22,652 nt of DNA from NCBI GenBank assembly GCA_000388065.2, contig KB932207.1; one strand, 5' to 3'. Below, piece by piece: positions 8,455 through 16,587 of the stretch (the stretch's first letter is position 1; every line of letters begins with the position of its first letter). The position numbers and the translations under genes were made by a program. The DNA is from Fonticula alba ATCC 38817 (taxonomy: Eukaryota > Protista > Nucleariida). Under the pieces are notes generated by a model. The model made no database searches and was not told where the DNA came from. It saw only the letters and a program-made list of their open reading frames with translations.

Positions 8455-10250
8455 ACCCCCACATCCTTTTTTTCCCTTTCTTTTTCTTTTTTTTTCTTGT
8501 TTTCTCTTTTCCTCCAAAGGGAGGAAGGGGCAGGGGGCGTGCTCTTGGTCTAGAGCCGGAGGGCGGCCTGGGGGGGAGTTTCCGCCACCGGCTTTCCTCC
8601 TGCGTCGCCCACAGTGTATTTGGACCTCCGGCAGGAACAGGTGTACCCAATCAAAAGGGGCAGGGTGAGGGGCGTGTGTCTGTAATGGGGCGGGGACACA
8701 GGGAGCCACTTTAGGCACCATACTTCGGGCTGGCGCCGGCCATGAACAGGAGTTCCGGCAGCAGCCGGACCAGGGGGGCCGTACCGTTGGATGCGTTGTG
8801 TTCGAGGGCCAGCACATGGGCCAGGTCAACGCCAGCCGGCGGGGTGGGACACGGGGCCGTTGGCCCGCCGGCGGCCTGAAGCAGGGTGTCGCAAAAGAGG
8901 CGCCCACGGCGCGTGGACCGGGCCGAATCGACCACCGACACGGCGAGGCTGGGTGGCCGGCAGGGGGAAGCACATGGGGAGGGAGCAAATGATGGCAGGT
9001 GAGATGTTGCCCCCCCCGGGGAGACACTGGAGGTGGCGCTCTGGTCAATGTACCTGTCCACTTGGGAGAACACCCCCCCACTGAGGCCAGCGCTCTGGCG
9101 GGGGAGGAAGGGCAGCGGGGATGCCGGGCCACCGGGTGCCACCATGCCGGGGCAGCCTGGCCCCGACTGGAAGACCAGCGCCCGAATCAGCCCGGAGAGG
9201 TAGCCCTCAGGCGGGCTGGCCTCCGAGGGGAGAGCCGCGAGCAGGGCATCCGCAGCCGGGAGACTGCCGGTCAGAGCCAGAACCACCGCCGGGCCGGTGG
9301 CCCCCTCCTCGGCGCAAAGATCGGCCACCTGGGCATGGAGGAGCATGCTGGTCGAGGCCACCGGGGCCAGCTTCACCGTCAGCCCAGCCGGCATCAGCTC
9401 GGACAGGATGCTCAGCAGGGCAGCCACCGCGGCAGCACGAATCCCCAGCCCCGGGTCCAGGACCACGGTCACGGCGGCCGGCCGGGATGGGGCCTCGGTG
9501 TCGCACTGGAGCTTGCCGGTGCTCGGGTCAGCGCGGCAGCCAAGCAGCTGCGTCAGCATGGTGGCCCAGCCATCGGGCAGCGAGTCGCTGGCGGCGGTCA
9601 CCGGGCCGGGGTGGATAATCGACCGCAGGGACAGGCCACTGCGCCAGGCGGCCGGCAGCAGCCAGCCCCCAGCGCCGGGGGTCTTGAGCGCTTGGGTGTG
9701 GGCGCAAACCGAGCATATCCCGCTGGGCTGGCAGGGCTCCGGGAGAACGGCCACCACCAGCGACTGCCGGGTGAGGAAGGTCATGGTGCTGCGGGCGTCT
9801 GAGNNNNNNNNNNCCCCCCCCCTGGCGGGTCACTTTGCTGGCCCCGGAATCCCCCCTTTTGGGCATCCCCCCCTGCCAGACCGACAGAGCATGATCTCGC
9901 AGCGCAATGACATCCGCCCGCCGACTCCCAAGCAAATCGCCTACCTCAAGCGCTTGGGCGCGGAGAAGTTCTTCGCCTCGGCACCGAAGGCCCCGGCCGC
10001 CGGGGAATCGCTCCTCGACTCGAAGGCGCTGTCCCTCATGTTGCTGGATATGCCCGAGGACGATGCATGGATCAAGCTGCTGACCCTTCGCGATGCGCAG
10101 ATTTTGATCGATCTCTTGTCACTCGGCTACGGGCGGACCTTTAACAAGGCTCTGGAGCAGGAGACGTCGGCATTGCGACGGACGGCCCGGACTCTCTCCG
10201 GCATTGCGCGTACCCAGCAGCAGGCGGCCCAGTCGATCGCCTCCTTCTAG
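5089..10250 (+). CDS. IRC3: Irc3-like SF2 (ResIII/DExH) DNA helicase, probably mitochondrial; 4 exons, about 1082 aa
   Basis: Exons 5089-7424, 7685-7858, 7970-8337 and 9880-10250 are phase-compatible (3249 nt). Motifs: LRDYQ (Q), LPVGSGKT (I), LVLAHREELLAQA (Ia), IIIDEAHH (II), GCSATL (III), KTLVFAVDIRHV (IV), INCTVLTEGTDVP (V), ARPTRSPVLFMQMLGRGLR (VI), plus Irc3-like C-terminal SPFDWV and PPTPKQIAYL. The N-terminus from ATG 5089 is Arg/Ser/Ala-rich and acid-free, like a mitochondrial presequence. The start codon and the exact intron 1 acceptor are less certain, and the last exon lies beyond a 10-N gap. Confidence 0.88.
7501..7533. repeat. (CT)n microsatellite in IRC3 intron 1
   Basis: About 16 perfect CT units. 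Similar CT/GA tracts occur near 655-676, 2830-2848, 10280-10301 and 20188-20207. Confidence 0.9.
8513..8607. repeat. 95-bp sequence identical to 4074-4168 (copy 2)
   Basis: Exact match to 4074-4168, preceded by about 115 bp of near-pure poly-C and a degraded-looking pyrimidine tract. Confidence 0.95.
8711..9784 (-). CDS. Hypothetical protein (about 322-357 aa); probable degenerate Kae1/OSGEP (TsaD-family, ASKHA fold) paralogue lacking catalytic motifs
   Basis: 357-codon open frame with an accATG start context and TAA at 8713-8711. It has a probable in-frame 105-nt intron at 9053-8949 (GTACAT...CCCAG). Blocks resembling recalled OSGEP appear in the same order: TPGAGGWLLP~TPPGTGFLP, DPGLG~GPGMG, GATGPAVVLALTG~GATSPTVLYVSG, GYLSGLIRAL~GNCLDRFARVL and LSGGVFSQVDSLA~FSGILSFIEDVA. 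That it is coding is well supported. The family assignment is by eye only, and the 5' end lies next to a gap. Confidence 0.6.
   Translation of the reverse strand: MTFLTRQSLVVAVLPEPCQPSGICSVCAHTQALKTPGAGGWLLPAAWRSGLSLRSIIHPGPVTAASDSLPDGWATMLTQLLGCRADPSTGKLQCDTEAPSRPAAVTVVLDPGLGIRAAAVAALLSILSELMPAGLTVKLAPVASTSMLLHAQVADLCAEEGATGPAVVLALTGSLPAADALLAALPSEASPPEGYLSGLIRALVFQSGPGCPGMVAPGGPASPLPFLPRQSAGLSGGVFSQVDRYIDQSATSSVSPGGATSHLPSFAPSPCASPCRPPSLAVSVVDSARSTRRGRLFCDTLLQAAGGPTAPCPTPPAGVDLAHVLALEHNASNGTAPLVRLLPELLFMAGASPKYGA
9804..9813. other. Assembly gap (10 N) inside IRC3 intron 3
   Basis: Run of N followed by poly-C and the final IRC3 acceptor at 9878-9879. Confidence 1.
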
Positions 10251-10609
10251 AGCCTTGGGCTGGGAATGGTGCCCATTTTCTTTCTCTCTCTCTCTCTCTC
10301 TCAATTGGAAAGTCCCCCGTCTCTTTCTTTCTTTCTCTTTTCCCCCCGTTTACTTTGGCTCCTCCGACTCCCCTCTTTCCGGCACCATCGAAGGCATGAG
10401 GCACATGTGGCAAATGCGCAGCGGCGCAGGGAGAGGCGGAGGGAAGGGGACTGTGATACATTATTCAAGGACAGGGAAGTGGCGTAGGGATGCGGGGACA
10501 TGGGGAGACAGGGAGAAGGGGGAGGAGGAGAGGGAGATGGAGATAAATGCCGCATGAACGCCAGGCCAGAGCGGAAGCCGGGCGCACAGCCGGACGGCGA
10601 TTCGCGGCC

Positions 10610-11642
10610 TCACTTCCCGGAGCCGGAAAAGATGTCCAGCTGCGACTGGATGGTCTCGATCTGCTCGAAGAGCGTGAGTAGGGTGTTCTGGTCGATCTCG
10701 AACTCGATGGTCTCGAGGCCGGCACCGGGGTCCGCGGAAGCGGATGCATCCTCATCGTCGCCGAGGCGCGCTCCGGCGGCCGGGGCCCGAGTGTCACGCA
10801 CGACCAGGCGCATGCGTGACACCTCGTCCGCGCTGCGCGCCGACAGGGCCCCGTCCGCCAAAACCAGCGACGGGCCGGCGGTCGAGTCCTCGATGCCCCC
10901 GCAGCCGAGGATGAACGCCTGCTCCAGGACAAACGGGGCGCCGGCCCCGCCGAGGCGCTTCGGATCCTCGGCCGACGTGTGGCGCAGCCGGGCCAGGGTC
11001 AGATCGGCCATGCGCGACCAAACCTGCGCGAAGGACCGGGCCGGGGCGTCGGCCAGGCCCACCGGCCCGGTGGACGCCAGGTGGGCCGTCCCGTCGGAGG
11101 TCATGTCCAGCAGGGAGGTATAGAACTTCTTCGGCCGTGCCACATGCAGGGCGGCCGTTTGCAGGATGTACGTCGAGGTGGAGATCAGCAGGTCCACCTC
11201 CTCCACGGAGGCAAGCCCGAAGAACCCCTGCAGATTGGCCTTGACCTTGTCGCCGAAGGCCACCTCATCCTGTGCGTTGGCGGTGACGAAGGGTGCGGGC
11301 ACGCGGGTCGGCGGGTTAGCAGAGGCGGGTGGGCATGGCGCATGGCGCATGACAAGGAGGAAGGAGGAAAGACATCACCGAGCAGGGGAGGAGGGGGGGG
11401 GGGGGGGGGAGGCGGCGAGCAGCAGTTCATACTGGGGCGTGGAGCTTCCGGATGATGCGCTTGAGGAAGTCATCGAGTGGCTTGTCATCGGGGATGTTAT
11501 TTAGCAGGGCCAGGCCCGACTGCAGGCTGCACAAATGAACGGGCATCGGGAGGGGTGTCAACACACGCAGCAGGCGCGGGGCAGTGGCCCGGATGGCAGG
11601 GAGACCGCGGCAAGAAACGCACCCAGGAGTGAGCGTGAACAT
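10610..11642 (-). CDS. COMMD10: COMM domain-containing protein 10 (Commander/CCC complex); 3 exons, 257 aa
   Basis: Exons 11642-11623, 11526-11433 and 11269-10610 join in frame (774 nt). MFTLTPGLQSGLALLNNI...FLKRIIRKLH, TSTYILQTAALHVARP, FAQVWSRM and the C-terminal ETIEFEIDQNTLLTLFEQIETIQSQLD closely resemble recalled human COMMD10 (MKKAVSLINAI...LLTRILQKLH, ISFILEQAVYHNVKP, FVNTWSSM, LFDFYNKLETIQAQLD). Confidence 0.88.
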
Positions 11643-11725
11643 CGTGGCGAGGGCCGTGCGAGGAGAGAGGGACAAGGAAAGAGCAGGGGAGAGGTGCCTG
11701 AGGCGATGTGGCTAGCAGGGGGGGG

Positions 11726-11938
11726 NNNNNNNNNNNNNNNNNNNNNNNNNNNNNNNNNNNNNNNNNNNNNNNNNNNNNNNNNNNNNNNNNNNNNNNNNNN
11801 NNNNNNNNNNNNNNNNNNNNNNNNNNNNNNNNNNNNNNNNNNNNNNNNNNNNNNNNNNNNNNNNNNNNNNNNNNNNNNNNNNNNNNNNNNNNNNNNNNNN
11901 NNNNNNNNNNNNNNNNNNNNNNNNNNNNNNNNNNNNNN
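11726..11938. other. Assembly gap (213 N)
   Basis: Run of N flanked by G homopolymers on both sides. Confidence 1.
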
Positions 11939-12708
11939 GGGGGGAGGGGACTGGCTCAAGGGATGAGACGCGCGCGAGTGTGGAGGGTGTCGTAAGGAGC
12001 GGCATATCACGGACGGGTGGCTTGGCCTCGGCCGAAATGCCAGCCGATGTACCCTGCGGCACAGGGAAGGGGGGAGCGATCGCCGCACGCACAGTTCCCC
12101 CCCTGCCTCCGGACTCGCCGCTTGTCGCTGCCCCTCTCTCGCAGTTCCTGTGGCTCCTCCTCCCGGACACCCCCCCTCGGCGCCTCGCCGTGCTGTGCCC
12201 CCCCCCCCCCCCCCCCCAGGCGGTGGTGCGGCCCGCCGCGCTTGAGCCCTCCAGCAAAGGCAGGAGGGGCTGTTGCCGGGAAGCCAGCATGTGCCGGGGA
12301 CACGAAGGCATCGGGGATGGGCCGCAGCAAGGGCGCGCCTGCCCTCCAAGAGCGGGGGGAAATAAAAACAATCCCCTCCATGTGCCCACGAATATGGCAC
12401 ATGACCGGCCTCGCCTGCAATGCAGAGTCACGCGACGTATTTAGGGCTTAACCTCCCACAAGCCACGGGCGCTCGTCGTGCGTGAGAGGGACGTGCCTCT
12501 AGTGCCAGTGCCCGGCCGTAGTATGGGGGCAAGCAGTAGGCGGTTGGTGCTCGCCACTCCCCCGCCCAGTCTCTGTGCGCGCCACTCCTTGGCCGAGCAT
12601 TGCTTCGTAAATGCGGACGTGTGTAGGTCTCCGCGTGTGTGGGTGTGCGCGAGGTGCGTTTGTGCGGGGGCTTGGGGGCGGGGGGATGTGCGCGCAGGCG
12701 CTGGGGGG

Positions 12709-13354
12709 NNNNNNNNNNNNNNNNNNNNNNNNNNNNNNNNNNNNNNNNNNNNNNNNNNNNNNNNNNNNNNNNNNNNNNNNNNNNNNNNNNNNNNNNNNNN
12801 NNNNNNNNNNNNNNNNNNNNNNNNNNNNNNNNNNNNNNNNNNNNNNNNNNNNNNNNNNNNNNNNNNNNNNNNNNNNNNNNNNNNNNNNNNNNNNNNNNNN
12901 NNNNNNNNNNNNNNNNNNNNNNNNNNNNNNNNNNNNNNNNNNNNNNNNNNNNNNNNNNNNNNNNNNNNNNNNNNNNNNNNNNNNNNNNNNNNNNNNNNNN
13001 NNNNNNNNNNNNNNNNNNNNNNNNNNNNNNNNNNNNNNNNNNNNNNNNNNNNNNNNNNNNNNNNNNNNNNNNNNNNNNNNNNNNNNNNNNNNNNNNNNNN
13101 NNNNNNNNNNNNNNNNNNNNNNNNNNNNNNNNNNNNNNNNNNNNNNNNNNNNNNNNNNNNNNNNNNNNNNNNNNNNNNNNNNNNNNNNNNNNNNNNNNNN
13201 NNNNNNNNNNNNNNNNNNNNNNNNNNNNNNNNNNNNNNNNNNNNNNNNNNNNNNNNNNNNNNNNNNNNNNNNNNNNNNNNNNNNNNNNNNNNNNNNNNNN
13301 NNNNNNNNNNNNNNNNNNNNNNNNNNNNNNNNNNNNNNNNNNNNNNNNNNNNNN
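12709..13354. other. Assembly gap (646 N)
   Basis: Run of N with a G run on the left and a C run on the right. Confidence 1.
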
Positions 13355-13394
13355 CCCCCCCCCACACACACGCACACACGCACACACGCACACC

Positions 13395-14938
13395 ATGGCG
13401 GCCCTCGGCAAGGATATCTTCATTCTCGCGGCCACGCGTACCCCGATCGCGGCCTTCCGCGCGGCTCTCGGCGGCATGTCTGCCCCGGCCCTCGGCGCGA
13501 CGGCCATCCGCGGCGCCCTGGCTCGGGCGGCCGTCCGGCCGGAGGACGTCGAGGACGTGGTCATGGGCAACGTCATTTCCGCTGGCGCTGGGCAGTCGCC
13601 CGCTCGCCAGGCCTCCTTCGGCGCGGGGATCCCCACCTCGGCCGAGGCGACCACCATCAACAAGGTTTGCGCGTCCGGCATGAAGGCCGTCTCGCTGGCG
13701 GCCCAGTCCATCCTGGCCGGGCAGTCGCAGCTGGTGGTGGCCGGCGGCATGGAGTCCATGTCCAATGTGCCGTACTACACCCCGCGCGATTCGCTGTCCT
13801 ATGGGCATGTGCAGACGCGCGATGGCATCCTGGCTGACGGTCTTTGGGATGCGGTCAACAACTTCCACATGGGCAACTGCGCGGAGAACACCGCCCGCAA
13901 GCACAACATCACCCGCGAGCAGCAGGACGAGTACGCCATTCGCTCCTTCACCCGCTCGCAGAAGTCCCTGGCCGAGGGTCTCTTCACCCCGGAAATCACC
14001 CCGGTGGAGATCCCCGGGCGCCGGGCCAGCGACAAGCCCACCGTCTTCTCGGTGGACGAGGGCCCCGGCAAGGCCAAGTTCGACCGGATCCCCACCCTGC
14101 GCCCGGCCTTCGAGGCTGACGGCACCATCACCGCGGCCAATGCCTCGACCCTGAATGACGGTGCTGCGGCCCTGGTCCTGGCCTCGGCCGAGTATGTCCA
14201 GGCTCACGGCCTGAAGCCCATCGGCCGGATTGTCTGTGCGTTTNNNNNNNNNNNNNNNNNNNNNNNNNNNNNNNNNNNNNNNNNNNNNNNNNNNNNNNNN
14301 NNNNNNNNNNNNNNNNNNNNNNNNNNNNNNNNNNNNNNNNNNNNNNNNNNNNNNNNNNNNNNNNNNNNNNNNNNNNNNNNNNNNNNNNNNNNNNNNNNNN
14401 NNNNNNNNNNNNNNNNNNNNNNNNNNNNNNNNNNNNNNNNNNNNNNNNNNNNNNNNNNNNNNNNNNNNNNNNNNNNNNNNNNNNNNNNNNNNNNNNNNNN
14501 NNNNNNNNNNNNNNNNNNNNNNNNNNNNNNNNNNNNNNNNNNNNNNNNNNNNNNNNNNNNNNNNNNNNNNNNNNNNNNNNNNNNNNNNNNNNNNNNNNNN
14601 NNNNNNNNNNNNNNNNNNNNNNNNNNNNNNNNNNNNNNNNNNNNNNNNNNNNNNNNNNNNNNNNNNNNNNNNNNNNNNNNNNNNNNNNNNNNNNNNNNNN
14701 NNNNNNNNNNNNNNNNNNNNNNNNNNNNNNNNNNNNNNNNNNNNNNNNNNNNNNNNNNNNNNNNNNNNNNNNNNNNNNNNNNNNNNNNNNNNNNNNNNNN
14801 NNNCCCCCCCCCCGGTCCCACGACACAGCCTTCGCCGATGGCGCCCGCGACCACATTGACTTCCCCACCGCCCCGGCCATCTCCCTCCCTCGGGCGATCG
14901 CCGCGGCCCAGCTGACCACCCGCGACATCAGCCTCTAC

Positions 14939-14971
<33 letters not shown>

Positions 14972-15374
14972 GTCAACCAGCAGCTCCTGGACCTGGACCC
15001 GGAGACTGTCAACGTCCGTGGTGGTGCTATCTCCCTTGGCCACCCGATCGGGTTCGTACCTGGGCATGCTGCCTCTCCCTCCCTTCCCCTCTCTCTCCCT
15101 CTGCTCTTTTCGCTCGTGCTTTCCTCTGCCTCGCCCATCTGACACCATCCCTTTCTTTGCCTCTTCCTCTCGCTCCTCTCGCTCCTCTCGCTCCTCTCGC
15201 TCCTCCCGCTCCTCCCGCTCCTCCCCGCACACGCGTCCACCTCTCGATGCCAGTGCCTCCGGTGCTCGTATCCTGGTTACCCTGCTGCATGCCCTGCAGG
15301 CTGGTCAGTTTGGCGCGGCGTCCATTTGCAACGGCGGTGGCGGCTCCTCCTCCATGGTTGTCCAGCGCCTGTAA
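13395..15374 (+). CDS. ERG10: Acetyl-CoA C-acetyltransferase (biosynthetic thiolase, ERG10/ACAT1 type); 3 exons, 394 aa
   Basis: Exons 13395-14235, 14829-15051 and 15254-15374 join in frame (1185 nt) with a caccATGG start. All catalytic motifs are present: [34 protein letters not shown] (made by splicing) and CNGGGG. Intron 1 contains a gap. Confidence 0.96.
14244..14803. other. Assembly gap (560 N) within thiolase intron 1
   Basis: The flanking exons join seamlessly (RIV-S-FADG), so no coding exon appears to be missing. Confidence 1.
15164..15226 (+). repeat. 9-bp tandem repeat (ctcctcYcg), about 7 copies, in thiolase intron 2
   Basis: Units ttcctctcg, ctcctctcg x3, ctcctcccg x2 and ctcctcccc lie between the branch-like TCTGAC (15138-15143) and the acceptor (15253). 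Confidence 0.9.
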
Positions 15375-16070
15375 GTGTCTAGCGCCATTTCCCCCCCTCC
15401 CCCTCATATAGCAAACACACACACACATGCACATGCACATGCACGCCTATACAGTGCGCCCCTCCCCCCACTCCCCGAGGGCAACCTGGATCCCGCAAGA
15501 TCGCCAAGTCCCCTTCCCTCGCCTGCTCCTGTCATGCGCCACCTTTTCCCCCACTGCCCCAGGGTCGCCGAATAGAGAGGTATCGGGATTTGTTTCTCCA
15601 TTTGGCAACTTCCCTCCTGAGCAGGCGCCAAGCCTTCAACACAGATTTGCCCGGCGGAGGGGATCGACAAGAGACCACCAAAAGAGATACTTCGGGTTCG
15701 GGCACAGAGAGTGCCCCTTGCGGGGGGATCACAGGGCGGCACAGCGCACAAGCACGCGTACCAGCCCACACTGAGCCCCGCTGGGTGTCTATTTTGCGAA
15801 GGTCGCGCTCCAAGGGGGGGGGGGGGAGAAAAGGAAAGAAACAAGGTCGGAACTGAGGGGAAAGGGAGAGAAAGAGGAGGGGGGAGAGAGAGAGAGGGAG
15901 GGCGGAAGAAGGGAAAATCAGGCACAGGAACTCGCCGTGCATGAGGAGGAACGCCTGGAAAAAAAAGAAGAAGAACCCGCCAATCAAAGGGGGCAGCGAC
16001 GGGGGGGGGATTGAGATGTGAAAACTGGGGAATGAGCGAGGGAGGGGGGAAGAACACAAGTATGTCCGCC

Positions 16071-16393
16071 CTAGGGGAAAATGAAGGACGATGTGCCAGA
16101 CAGAAGGGGCGCCGTGGTGTCCTCCTTCAGCAGACGGCCGTCGGGCATTGCGAAGGACGTCAAACTGGCAAGGTCCAGCGACCCGGTGGTGGTGCCGGCC
16201 GGGAAGGCTCCCGACGTCGAGGCCAGATGCCCGGCTTGCAGCATCATTGTTGGGCCACTCCCGGCGGGAGAGCCACCCGCACCCTTCGGCGACCATGTGG
16301 CCATGCGAGCTTGCTGCTGCTGTTGCTGTTGCTGCTGCTGCTGCTGCTGCTGTTGGAGCTGCTGCTGGAGCTGCTGTTGGAGCTGCTGTTGGA

Positions 16394-16432
<39 letters not shown>

Positions 16433-16555
16433 GTTGCTGCAGTTGCTGCAGTTGCTGGAGCTGTCGCTGGTGCTGGTCTAGTCGCAGGAATTCAAGCTCG
16501 AGCTCGAGCTGCTGTTGATTTGGAAGCTGTGAGGAGTGTAGCTGCTGCTGCTGCT

Positions 16556-16587
<32 letters not shown>

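Noticed and set aside
8711-9784. SCFD2/Sec1-like or Pop1 POPLD-like identity for the nested ORF
   Set aside because: Each rests on one or two short resemblances (GW..ML..VVLD; GGWLLPAAW) with no colinear support and the wrong length. The Kae1-like match covers about ten ordered blocks.
8346-9813. Mobile element inserted in IRC3 intron 3
   Set aside because: No terminal repeats, target-site duplication, transposase or reverse transcriptase motifs. A misjoin or a nested gene explains it better.
12428-14915. 400-760 aa ORFs spanning the N gaps
   Set aside because: Artefacts of translating through N; only the thiolase part is real.
15700-15716. GGGCAC-AGAGA-GTGCCC hairpin between convergent 3' ends as an ncRNA, tRNA or terminator
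   Set aside because: A 6-bp stem is expected by chance at this GC content, and there is no cloverleaf or A/B box.
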